Shown: positions 9,782 through 17,969, numbered from the stretch's first letter. The stretch: DNA of 31,951 bases from Gammaproteobacteria bacterium (GCA_046090565.1 JBJSZW010000078.1:1-31951); one strand, 5' to 3'. Translations and numbers: made by a program. The notes: a model not told the origin generated them from the letters alone.

Positions 9782-11062
9782 ATGTCACATAGCTCACATA
9801 GCTCACATAGCTCACATACTTTTGAGATTCTAGATAATATCTCTCAAAATGCCATCATCAAAGTTATTGGGGTTGGAGGAGGTGGAGGCAATGCCATTGA
9901 ATATATGATCAATGCGAATGTTCCAGGCATGGACAGCGTCGAATTTATTTGTGCCAATACAGATGCACAGGCCCTGCGCAATACTTCTTCAAAAGCGGTT
10001 TTACAATTGGGAATGGGGGTGACCAAGGGCTTGGGGGCAGGAGCCGATCCAGAAATTGGCCGCCAAAGTGCTTTAGAAGACAGAGATAGAATTCGCGATG
10101 TGTTAACAGGCGCAGACATGGTGTTTATTACGGCAGGGATGGGAGGCGGAACAGGTACGGGTGCTGCGCCTATTGTGGCAGAAGTCGCCAAAGAATTGGG
10201 GGCTCTCACCGTGGCAGTTGTGACCAAGCCTTTTCCATTTGAAGGTAAAAAACGCAGCTTAGTGGCAGATGATGGGCTTTTGAAATTAAGTGAAGCGGTG
10301 GATTCTTTGATCACCATTCCCAACCAAAAATTACTCAGTGTTTTGGGTAAAAATATCAGCTTGTTGGATGCTTTTAGGGCAGCCAATAATGTCTTATTGG
10401 GTGCGGTTCAGGGAATTGCGGAATTGATCACTCGCCCAGGTTTGATTAACGTAGACTTTGCAGACGTTCGCACAGTGATGTCTGAAATGGGCATGGCCAT
10501 GATGGGTACAGGCATTGCCCAAGGTGAAAACAGGGCCCGCGAGGCAGCAGAAGCCGCAATTTCTAGCCCACTGTTGGATGATGTGAATTTATCGGGCGCC
10601 AAAGGTGTGCTGGTCAATATTACGGCAGGCCTAGACATGGGTATTGCAGAATTTGAAGAAGTGGGCAATGCCGTGAAAAGCTTCACATCAGACGATGCAA
10701 CAGTTATAGTGGGTACCGTGATCGATCCCAACATGCGCGATGAACTCAGAGTAACCCTCGTTGCAACAGGCTTAAACAAGGGCTTAATCAACAAGCATTT
10801 GCACGCAAGCGCCAATAATGCGGCTAATCCAAACCAAACCGCCTTGAAAGAAGACATCAATAGCCTGGCGGCATCGCATTTGTCTTCACAACGTGCTAAC
10901 ATGGGAGGCTTTGGTAAGCGTGCTTCTGTGGCGGGTGCTAGTAATTTAGCCCATCAGTTGGGTAATCGAAAGAAATCTGAGGGCACCGAGGGTGAATTAG
11001 ATTATCTGGATATCCCCGCTTTCATGAGGCGCCAAAATCAAGATTCCGAAATTATGACCTAA
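9782..11062 (+). CDS. ftsZ: Cell division protein FtsZ
   Basis: [13 protein letters not shown], tubulin signature [17 protein letters not shown]-terminal [10 protein letters not shown]. Confidence 0.99.
   Translation: MSHSSHSSHSSHTFEILDNISQNAIIKVIGVGGGGGNAIEYMINANVPGMDSVEFICANTDAQALRNTSSKAVLQLGMGVTKGLGAGADPEIGRQSALEDRDRIRDVLTGADMVFITAGMGGGTGTGAAPIVAEVAKELGALTVAVVTKPFPFEGKKRSLVADDGLLKLSEAVDSLITIPNQKLLSVLGKNISLLDAFRAANNVLLGAVQGIAELITRPGLINVDFADVRTVMSEMGMAMMGTGIAQGENRAREAAEAAISSPLLDDVNLSGAKGVLVNITAGLDMGIAEFEEVGNAVKSFTSDDATVIVGTVIDPNMRDELRVTLVATGLNKGLINKHLHASANNAANPNQTALKEDINSLAASHLSSQRANMGGFGKRASVAGASNLAHQLGNRKKSEGTEGELDYLDIPAFMRRQNQDSEIMT
9785..9817 (+). repeat. 9-bp tandem repeat (tcacatagc x3.7) encoding [11 protein letters not shown] at the FtsZ N-terminus
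   Basis: atg tcacatagc tcacatagc tcacatagc tcacat act, read directly. Confidence 0.95.
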
Positions 11063-11088
11063 AAATTGTAGAAGACAGTAGAAGATTT

Positions 11089-11994
11089 ATGAAGCAAAAG
11101 ACCATAAGAAATACCATTAAGGCCAATGGGGTGGGAGCGCATACAGGATTAAACGTCACTCTCACGCTGCATCCAGCGCCCGCCAACACGGGTATTGTAT
11201 TTAAGCGCGTGGATTTAAGCCCCGTGGTTGAAATTCCAGCAAAAGTTGAATTTGTGGGGGACACCATGTTCTCTACGAATTTAATGCGGGGTAAAACCAA
11301 AATTGGTACGGTAGAGCATTTGCTGTCGGCTTTTTATGGTTTGGGAATAGACAATGCCATAGTAGAAGTAGACGCACCTGAGTTGCCTATCATGGATGGC
11401 AGTTCAGCGCCCTTTATCTTTTTAATTCAATCTGCGGGTATTGTGGAACAAGCAGCACCGAAAAGCTTTATAGTCATCAAAAAGCCAGTACGCATTCAGG
11501 ATGGTGATCGTTGGGCAGAATTAAGGCCCTTCAATGGTTTTAAAGTGGCCTATACACTGGATTATAATCATCCTTTTTTAAAAACCACTCCCCAAACTGC
11601 CGAAGTAGATTTTAGCAATGCTTCCTATGCGCGTGAGGTAAGCCGAGCCAGAACTTTTGGATTTTTATCCGATTACGAATGGTTAAAATCAAAAAATTTA
11701 GCACAAGGCAGTAGCTTAGACAATGCCATTGTATTGGGTGAGGACAAAATCATCAATGAAGGCGGCCTAAGATCCTTGGATGAATTCGTCAAGCACAAAA
11801 TCCTAGATGCCATTGGCGATCTGTATTTGCTGGGCTTTAATTTAATAGGTGCCTTCAGTGGTTATAAATCTGGTCATACAGTAAATAATCTTTTGGTTAA
11901 AAAACTCTTGTCTGAAGCAGATGCTTGGGATCTGGTTCAATTTTCTGAAGAGAGCGAGGTTTCTTATTTAAATCTCCAACAGCAATTGGCCTGA
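11089..11994 (+). CDS. lpxC: UDP-3-O-acyl-N-acetylglucosamine deacetylase
   Basis: [31 protein letters not shown], zinc motif [12 protein letters not shown]. Confidence 0.98.
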   Translation: MKQKTIRNTIKANGVGAHTGLNVTLTLHPAPANTGIVFKRVDLSPVVEIPAKVEFVGDTMFSTNLMRGKTKIGTVEHLLSAFYGLGIDNAIVEVDAPELPIMDGSSAPFIFLIQSAGIVEQAAPKSFIVIKKPVRIQDGDRWAELRPFNGFKVAYTLDYNHPFLKTTPQTAEVDFSNASYAREVSRARTFGFLSDYEWLKSKNLAQGSSLDNAIVLGEDKIINEGGLRSLDEFVKHKILDAIGDLYLLGFNLIGAFSGYKSGHTVNNLLVKKLLSEADAWDLVQFSEESEVSYLNLQQQLA

Positions 11995-12076
11995 AAAATT
12001 AAACTTGTTTCCCTCGCCCCTGTTTCTTCATCACTACACATGATTAGGGTATCTATTTAGGCTCGCAAAAATTCGG

Positions 12077-12082
12077 TATACT
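12077..12082 (+). promoter_or_regulatory. Candidate -10 box (TATACT) 6 nt before the prfA ATG
   Basis: TATACT-gcctcc-ATG, with no Shine-Dalgarno sequence. Confidence 0.5.
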
Positions 12083-12088
12083 GCCTCC

Positions 12089-13180
12089 ATGTTACACGAA
12101 GCTTTAAAAAAAAACCTAGATACCATAGTTGAAAGACATGAAGAAATAAGTCATCTGTTGGGCGATGCTCGGGTCTTGCAAGATCAAAATAAATTTCGCA
12201 ATCTCTCCAAAGAATATGCCGAATTAGAGCCCGTGGTGCTTTGTTTTAAGCAATACAATGCCTTATTGGCCGCTTTAGATTCTAATCAAGAGCTATTAAA
12301 AGATGCCGATCCAGAAATCAAAGAATTGGCTCGTTCAGAAATGCAGGCCCTAGAACAAGATTTGGTCCAGGAAGGCGCCAAGCTACAGGCCTTGCTATTG
12401 CCGCAAGATCCCTATGACAAAAGCAATATTTACCTGGAAGTTCGGGCAGGAACAGGTGGCGAAGAGGCAGCCTTATTCGCTGCAGATTTAATGCGCATGT
12501 ACATTCGCTATGCAGAATCCAACCGGTTTACGGTAGAAATAGTCAGTGAGAGCCTAAGCGATCACGGGGGTTACAAAGAGGTGATTTTAAGAATCATCGG
12601 TCAAGGGGCTTATTCGCGCTTGAAATTTGAATCGGGTGGGCACCGGGTGCAGCGGGTACCAGAAACAGAATCCCAAGGCCGGGTGCATACTTCGGCTTGT
12701 ACTGTCGCTATTTTGCCTGAAATAGAAGAAATTGATTCTATAGAAATCAATCCCAATGATTTGCGGATTGATACCTTTAGGGCCAGTGGTGCCGGTGGCC
12801 AGCACGTGAATAGAACCGATTCAGCCGTACGTATTACCCATATTCCAACAGGCCTGGTGGTAGAATGCCAAAGCGATCGCTCTCAGCATAAAAATAAATC
12901 CAGAGCCATGGGCTTGTTACAGGCCAAAATTTTATCCGCCGAGCAAGAAAAACAAAAACAAGCCCAAGCAGACACTCGAAAAAGCCTAGTAGGCAGTGGC
13001 GATCGTTCTGAACGGATTCGAACCTATAATTTTCCGCAAGGCAGGGTGACTGATCACCGGATTAATGTAACCATTTACAGGTTGCCAGAATTGATGAATG
13101 GCGCCCTGGGGCTTTTGATCGAACCGCTCATGCAGGCGCATCAGGCTGATCAATTGGCAGCCATGAGCGAGCATGCCTGA
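12089..13180 (+). CDS. prfA: Peptide chain release factor 1
   Basis: [38 protein letters not shown] (GGQ), [18 protein letters not shown]. Confidence 0.98.
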   Translation: MLHEALKKNLDTIVERHEEISHLLGDARVLQDQNKFRNLSKEYAELEPVVLCFKQYNALLAALDSNQELLKDADPEIKELARSEMQALEQDLVQEGAKLQALLLPQDPYDKSNIYLEVRAGTGGEEAALFAADLMRMYIRYAESNRFTVEIVSESLSDHGGYKEVILRIIGQGAYSRLKFESGGHRVQRVPETESQGRVHTSACTVAILPEIEEIDSIEINPNDLRIDTFRASGAGGQHVNRTDSAVRITHIPTGLVVECQSDRSQHKNKSRAMGLLQAKILSAEQEKQKQAQADTRKSLVGSGDRSERIRTYNFPQGRVTDHRINVTIYRLPELMNGALGLLIEPLMQAHQADQLAAMSEHA

Positions 13181-14057
13181 TCGCTCCAAGGCCATCCACA
13201 AAAGTCATAAGGCTTATGAATTGGAAATGCTACGCTTTGAAGCCCTGTGCCTGGATGATCCTCATTTAGCTTGGGAAAAATTCAGAATCCAATCCAGAAT
13301 AGGCCCAGATTTTCAATATTCAGAACAAGTTGCCAAAAAATTAGCACATTGGATTCAAAGGCTGGAAACGGGCGAGCCTCTGGCCTATATTTTGGGCAAA
13401 CAGGAATTCATGGGGGAAGAATTTGAAGTCAATTCACATGTTTTAATCCCACGCCCAGAAACTGAAACTTTAATCCAAGCTGTTTTAGATTTTTACCCAG
13501 AGGCTAATTCACAAAAAAATATCCTAGATTTAGGAACGGGTTCTGGCATTATTCCCGGAATCCTGGCCAAATACCGTCCCAATTGGTTCATTGTGGGGGC
13601 TGACTATTCAGGTCTGGCTTTAGAAGTCGCTCAAAAAAATACACAAAAATATCCGAATATTTGCCTAATCCAGGGCAGTTGGTATGAAAATTTCTGTGGG
13701 CTGTCTTCAAGGCCTGCCGAGTCAGAAGAGCATAGGGATTTTCTTTGGGATGCCATTGTAAGCAACCCGCCCTATATCGCTCCAGAAGAAAAAGCGGGCC
13801 TGAATTTGGATTCTAGCCTGGATTTTGAACCCCAACAGGCACTCTACAGCCCCCAACAAGGCCTTCAAGATTTGAGCTATCTGATCATCAATGCCCGGGC
13901 TTATTTAAAGCCTAAGGCGCCTTTGTTTTTAGAGCATGGCTTTGAACAGGCTCAAGCCCTGCGTGAAATATTTGCAGCCCAAGGTTATTCGGATATTAAA
14001 ACTTTGCAAGATGAGTTTGGGAAGGATCGAGTGACTATGGGATTAGCAAAAAATTAG
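13173..14057 (+). CDS. prmC: Release factor glutamine methyltransferase
   Basis: [20 protein letters not shown] motif [12 protein letters not shown]; overlaps the prfA stop. Confidence 0.95.
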   Translation: MPDRSKAIHKSHKAYELEMLRFEALCLDDPHLAWEKFRIQSRIGPDFQYSEQVAKKLAHWIQRLETGEPLAYILGKQEFMGEEFEVNSHVLIPRPETETLIQAVLDFYPEANSQKNILDLGTGSGIIPGILAKYRPNWFIVGADYSGLALEVAQKNTQKYPNICLIQGSWYENFCGLSSRPAESEEHRDFLWDAIVSNPPYIAPEEKAGLNLDSSLDFEPQQALYSPQQGLQDLSYLIINARAYLKPKAPLFLEHGFEQAQALREIFAAQGYSDIKTLQDEFGKDRVTMGLAKN

Positions 14058-14063
14058 AAAGCA

Positions 14064-14486
14064 TTAGCAGGTCCAATTTTCCAGAGTTAAAGACTTGATT
14101 CTCTGAAAGTGTTTCAGGTTATTTGTAACCAGTGTAAGTCCTTGGCTGAGTGCATGCGCCGCTATCATCGAGTCCATGATCCCGATTTCTTGACCCAAAG
14201 CTTGCAAACAAGCCCTAATTTTTCCGTATTCACGGGCCGCATCGTCATTGAATTCCAAAACAATGAAAGATTCTAAAATTTTATCTAAAGCGCGTTGTAT
14301 CAAATCTTTTTTATTCAAATCAGTCGTTTTTTCTAGGCCATGCTGAATTTCTGATAGCGTTATGACTGAAATGGCAATGCTGCTTTCAATATGGTTTCGT
14401 ATTTTTTCGAAAAGTGTGTTGTGATAGGGATGTTTTTTTTTCATTAAGAAGCTTACAGTGTCTGTATCCAACAGGTATTTAATCAT
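14064..14486 (-). CDS. vapC: VapC PIN-domain toxin (type II TA)
   Basis: YLLDTDTVS, SVITLSEI, IMDSMIAAHAL, LVTNNLKHFQRI. Start moved to the ATG at 14486, which overlaps the antitoxin stop. Confidence 0.93.
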   Translation of the reverse strand: MIKYLLDTDTVSFLMKKKHPYHNTLFEKIRNHIESSIAISVITLSEIQHGLEKTTDLNKKDLIQRALDKILESFIVLEFNDDAAREYGKIRACLQALGQEIGIMDSMIAAHALSQGLTLVTNNLKHFQRIKSLTLENWTC

Positions 14487-14715
14487 TAAACAAATCCCTA
14501 TCTTCAAAATTAGCCGCTTCACGTTCAAATTCGAAATCATCTGGTAATAAAGCAACCCCTTGTTTTAAACCTTCCCAAGAGGTATTAATGGGATCGAGAA
14601 TAATTTTATTCCCACAACGATGTATGTACACTTCTTTAGAATTAGGAAAACTATATTCTTTAGGAAAGCGAAGTGCTTGGCTACCGCCATTCGAAAACAG
14701 TTTTGCTTTTTTCAT
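14479..14715 (-). CDS. vapB: VapB antitoxin, AbrB/SpoVT fold
   Basis: MKKAKLFSNGGSQALRFPKEYSF, the classic AbrB-type VapB N-terminus; GGAG RBS before the ATG at 14715. Confidence 0.92.
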   Translation of the reverse strand: MKKAKLFSNGGSQALRFPKEYSFPNSKEVYIHRCGNKIILDPINTSWEGLKQGVALLPDDFEFEREAANFEDRDLFND

Positions 14716-14765
14716 GATTTTCTCCAAATATATACTAATCAAACCAAAATTTTTTGAATCAATGC

Positions 14766-14996
14766 ATTAACCCTCATCCGCCCCTTTGGGGCACCTTCTC
14801 CCAAAATTGGGAGAAGGAATTAGGCTTCTGTAAAGATTTCATAATTCTATCGCCCATCGCCGAAGAAATTTTTCGTAGGAATTCAGGTAATAAAAATACA
14901 GGCTACTATTTTCAAAACCTATAGCGCATGGTGAAGTTCCCAGCCCTTCTCCCAATTTTGGGAGAAGGTGCCCCAAAGGGGCGGATGAGGGTTAAT
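14766..14996. repeat. REPIN/MITE-like element: perfect 52-bp inverted repeats (14766-14817 and 14945-14996) around a 127-bp spacer
   Basis: The left arm attaaccctcatccgcccctttggggcaccttctcccaaaattgggagaagg is the exact reverse complement of the right arm. Each arm contains two hairpins (gcccc-ttt-ggggc; ccttctcccaa-aa-ttgggagaagg). Confidence 0.9.
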
Positions 14997-15026
14997 AATA
15001 TGGCCCAAATCTATAAACATTCTACT

Positions 15027-15042
15027 ATAAGTATATACTTAT
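15027..15042. promoter_or_regulatory. Perfect 16-bp palindrome ATAAGTATATACTTAT, candidate antitoxin operator
   Basis: The palindrome is seen directly between the two divergent TA operons; the operator role is inferred. Confidence 0.45.
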
Positions 15043-15110
15043 TCAGAAAGACAGACAAGCTGTATCGAGAGTGAATATGGATGGATATCGGGTTGGTATT
15101 TAAATTAAAA

Positions 15111-15154
15111 TCAACTATACTAACCAGTATGACTAGTTTAATTTTATAGTTTGA
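15111..15154. promoter_or_regulatory. Candidate promoter/operator of the phd-vapC operon
   Basis: Contains TATACT, tandem TAACCAGT/TGACTAGT half-sites and flanking tcaactata...tatagtttga, just upstream of the GAGGTG RBS. Confidence 0.45.
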
Positions 15155-15166
15155 GGTGATTAAATA

Positions 15167-15418
15167 ATGAGCGTACATACCTGGCAATTACAAGAAGCAA
15201 AGGCTAAATTCAGTGAAGTGATTAAATCCTGTTCTAAAAATCCGCAAATAATTTCGGTAAGAGGGGTCAATACAGCGGTTGTATTAAGTGTCCAAACCTA
15301 TGAAGAGCTTTGTGGAACAAAAATGGATTTGGTAAGTTTTTTTAGAAATTCTCCTTTGTACGGTGTGGATTTAGATTTAGAAAGAGATAAATCAGGCGCT
15401 CGGGATGTGCAATTATGA
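15167..15418 (+). CDS. Phd/YefM-family antitoxin
   Basis: WQLQEAKAKFSEVI...PQIISVRGVNTAVVLS; ATGA overlap with a PIN toxin. Confidence 0.9.
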   Translation: MSVHTWQLQEAKAKFSEVIKSCSKNPQIISVRGVNTAVVLSVQTYEELCGTKMDLVSFFRNSPLYGVDLDLERDKSGARDVQL

Positions 15419-15843
15419 TCTATCTTTTAGACACCAATGTAATTTCAGAGCTGCATAAAATAAAATCAGAGCCAAAAGTAATGGCTTGGCTAGCTGCTAT
15501 TTCTCCGCAATACGTTGGTACTAGTGTATTGTGTGTTGGCGAAATTAGAAAAGGCATTGAAAAATTGTCAGATGCACCAAGAAAAGCAAAGCTCATTCAC
15601 TGGCTAGAAACAGAACTAAACGCGTATTTTGAAGATCGTATTTTAGACGTTACGATGCAAATCGCGGATAAATGGGGGTATATTGCTGCCCATGTTCCAA
15701 ATTTACCCGCTATCGATGGCTTGTTGGCCGCTTCAGCGCTTATTCATAATTTAAAGTTGGTCACCCGAAATCTAAAAGATTTTATGGCCGTTCCTGGTTT
15801 AGAGTTAGTTAATCCCTGGGATTTAAGTACGGCAGACATATAA
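15415..15843 (+). CDS. vapC: VapC PIN-domain toxin (type II TA)
   Basis: YLLDTNVISEL, SVLCVGEIRKG, AIDGLLAASAL, LVTRNLKDF, NPW. Confidence 0.93.
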   Translation: MIYLLDTNVISELHKIKSEPKVMAWLAAISPQYVGTSVLCVGEIRKGIEKLSDAPRKAKLIHWLETELNAYFEDRILDVTMQIADKWGYIAAHVPNLPAIDGLLAASALIHNLKLVTRNLKDFMAVPGLELVNPWDLSTADI

Positions 15844-15917
15844 AAAAACAGCAAAAAGACCGACGTAGGTCTTCTGCGTATTTAACTATAGAACGCTCTG
15901 TTTATACCCCAAAACAC

Positions 15918-15946
15918 TTGCAATCAAAACAAATTTGTGGCATTTT
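15918..15946 (+). promoter_or_regulatory. Candidate sigma70 promoter of omp paralog 1
   Basis: TTGCAA-N17(ending TGG)-CATTTT; the same architecture recurs upstream of paralog 2. Confidence 0.45.
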
Positions 15947-16043
15947 CATCCAATCCTTGCCATAAGGTGGGGGGATTGAAGTAGTAGTACACTGCAGTTG
16001 TAAAAAAATAAAACTGATGTTCTGTTACTTTTGTCTTTAAACA

Positions 16044-16191
16044 AATTTGGTTTATTAATGTTGGTTGGTAACAACCAGTTAAATTAGTAGAAACACAAAT
16101 ATATTATAAATAGAGGATTAAAAACTATGAAAAATATAGCAAAAAGTCTAGTGGTTGCTGGTGCTTTGGCTTTGACTGGTGTTGCCAGTGC
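16044..16191 (+). repeat. Duplicated 5' leader plus signal-peptide coding segment, copy 1
   Basis: Near-identical to 17124-17271: first 37 nt match at 36 positions and the 22-aa signal peptide is identical. Confidence 0.9.
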
Positions 16192-16795
16192 AGCAATGGA
16201 AGATATGGGTTTATACCTAGGTGCCGATTACAAGCACAATTGGATGACATCTAAATCATTTATTGAAACAAATGGTACTTGGTTTGCTAAAAGTTATCCA
16301 GGTGCTAGCTTGTATGTAGGTAGCAGATTCCATGAAAACTTTGGTGTTGAATTGGGTTATGATTTCTCTAAGAAAAAAAGCAAAGCACTTACATTTAACC
16401 CATTCGCAGCAGGTCAAAATCAAATAAAATCTACTGCAAGCTTTAGAGGTCCAAGATTAGATCTGAACGCTTATATGCCAATGGATAATTGTTTTGATTT
16501 GATCGGTTCTATCGGTTTTGGTTTAGTAAAACCAACCATCTCTTTCAGCAATGTGAATATGACTGCAGCAAATTTTGATCGAAATTATGCAGATGTTTCC
16601 GGTAAACAAAAGATGGTTTTGAGATTGGGTTTTGGTGCTCAGTACATGGCCACTGAAAACATCGGAGTTAGAGGTATGATTCGTCTAGAAAATACTTCCA
16701 GTTTGCGTGCGAATGGCGCAAATTTGACAGACGCCGGTAAGAAACCATTCAAAGACACAACCTCTTTGAACCTTGGTGCATTCTACAAGTTCTAA
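16127..16795 (+). CDS. Outer membrane beta-barrel protein (OmpA-like transmembrane domain, 8-stranded), paralog 1
   Basis: Signal peptide MKNIAKSLVVAGALALTGVASA; strands LYVGSRFHENFGVELGY and LGFGAQYMATENIGVRG; terminal beta-signal FYKF; GAGGA RBS. Confidence 0.88.
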   Translation: MKNIAKSLVVAGALALTGVASAAMEDMGLYLGADYKHNWMTSKSFIETNGTWFAKSYPGASLYVGSRFHENFGVELGYDFSKKKSKALTFNPFAAGQNQIKSTASFRGPRLDLNAYMPMDNCFDLIGSIGFGLVKPTISFSNVNMTAANFDRNYADVSGKQKMVLRLGFGAQYMATENIGVRGMIRLENTSSLRANGANLTDAGKKPFKDTTSLNLGAFYKF

Positions 16796-16843
16796 GAATT
16801 CTAAAAATCTAAAGAAATTTAGAATCTAAGAACCTGAAAACCT

Positions 16844-16883
16844 AAAACGGTCTACCTGAAACATGGTAGGCCGTTTTTATTTT
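16844..16883 (+). terminator. Rho-independent terminator after omp paralog 1
   Basis: aaaacggtctacc-tgaaacat-ggtaggccgtttt followed by a T-rich tract. Confidence 0.8.
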
Positions 16884-16890
16884 AAAATAC

Positions 16891-16920
16891 TTGCAAAAAA
16901 TAAAAAACTATGGCATTAAT
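16891..16920 (+). promoter_or_regulatory. Candidate sigma70 promoter of omp paralog 2
   Basis: TTGCAA-N17(ending TGG)-CATTAA, immediately after the terminator. Confidence 0.45.
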
Positions 16921-17123
16921 CTATTCTAAGAGTACTGACATACAGGGATTGCTCGTGCAGCCTCAAGTTCATCGAGTGCTTGCCGAAACCTTTAGTGAAG
17001 GAATATTTTGGAAAATATAAAAGTCTTCAAAAGCCGTTCATTTGTTTTTTATTTTCTAAAATACTTGAAAGTGCTAGGTTAAGTCGCAGTTTTTTAACTT
17101 GTAGCTTTCTTAGTACTTCGGAT

Positions 17124-17271
17124 AATTTGGTTTATTAATGTTGGTTGGTAACAGCCAGTTAATTAGTAGAAACAAATATATTTTACAAATAGAGGATTAA
17201 AAAACTATGAAAAATATAGCAAAAAGTCTAGTGGTTGCTGGTGCTTTGGCTTTAACCGGTGTTGCCAGCGC
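17124..17271 (+). repeat. Duplicated 5' leader plus signal-peptide coding segment, copy 2
   Basis: Offset exactly 1080 bp from copy 1. Confidence 0.9.
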
Positions 17272-17893
17272 TATGATCGATGATTTAAACCCCTACTTAG
17301 GTTTGGATTACAAACACAGTTGGAGCCACAAAAGAGTACAAATGACAGGTTCAGATCAGGATGTGCTTGCAAAGACTTTTCCTGGCGGAAGCGTCTATTT
17401 AGGCAGCAGATTCCATGAAAATTTTGGCGTTGAATTGGGCTATGATTTTAGCAAGAAAAAAGAACAAACTTTCAGAATGCCTGCTCTTTCAGGGATTAAT
17501 GCTGCTGGGGATGTAAAATCCAAACTAGCATTTTCTGGTGCTCGTTTTGATTTAAACGCCTACTTGCCTTTAGACAATTGTTTTGAACTCGTTGGTTCCT
17601 TAGGTTTAGGCTGGGTAAAACCACGTTTGTCTTTTGAAAACGTTAGCTTAACCCAAGCTGGTTTCAATTCCTTAGGTTTTAACCAAGTCAGCACGAAGCA
17701 CAAAGTAGTTGCAAGATTAGGTGCTGGTGCTCAGTACATGGTGAACGACAACATAGGTCTTCGTGGCTTAGTACGTTGGGAAAACACCTCCAAACTGCGT
17801 GTCAGCAATGACAACGTTCAGTGGGAAGATGATGAGAAAAAGCTATTCAGCGACACCACCTCTGTTAACCTAGGTGTATTCTACAAATTCTAA
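17207..17893 (+). CDS. Outer membrane beta-barrel protein (OmpA-like transmembrane domain), paralog 2
   Basis: Same signal peptide and same strands (YLGSRFHENFGVELGY, LGAGAQYMVNDNIGLRG) as paralog 1, terminal FYKF, divergent loops. Confidence 0.88.
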   Translation: MKNIAKSLVVAGALALTGVASAMIDDLNPYLGLDYKHSWSHKRVQMTGSDQDVLAKTFPGGSVYLGSRFHENFGVELGYDFSKKKEQTFRMPALSGINAAGDVKSKLAFSGARFDLNAYLPLDNCFELVGSLGLGWVKPRLSFENVSLTQAGFNSLGFNQVSTKHKVVARLGAGAQYMVNDNIGLRGLVRWENTSKLRVSNDNVQWEDDEKKLFSDTTSVNLGVFYKF

Positions 17894-17932
17894 TTTTATA
17901 AAAGTTTTATAAAAGCTTAGAATCTGTAAAAC

Positions 17933-17969
17933 AAAAAAGCAGCTGGCCTCGTGCCCGCTGCTTTTTTTT
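17933..17969 (+). terminator. Rho-independent terminator after omp paralog 2
   Basis: aaaaaagcagc...gctgc followed by 8 T. Confidence 0.8.

Noticed and set aside
9844-10902. Long antisense ORFs (180 aa and 164 aa) opposite ftsZ
   Set aside because: They are shadow frames of a highly conserved gene with no recognisable motifs. The same applies to the other small overlapping ORFs in the track (e.g. 2100-2510, 17870-18397, 24061-24363).
14487-14555. N-terminal extension of VapC given in the ORF track
   Set aside because: It overlaps the antitoxin gene. The ATG at 14486 gives the canonical PIN start and TA overlap.
14766-14996. Possible CRISPR repeats
   Set aside because: There are only two copies, in inverted orientation, with no spacer array and no cas genes.
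16920-17123. Possible 6S RNA or other standalone ncRNA between the omp genes
   Set aside because: There is a short AAAACTGCGAC match to E. coli 6S on the minus strand and a 9-bp end pairing, but no rod-like fold or terminator. It is better explained as the leader of paralog 2.
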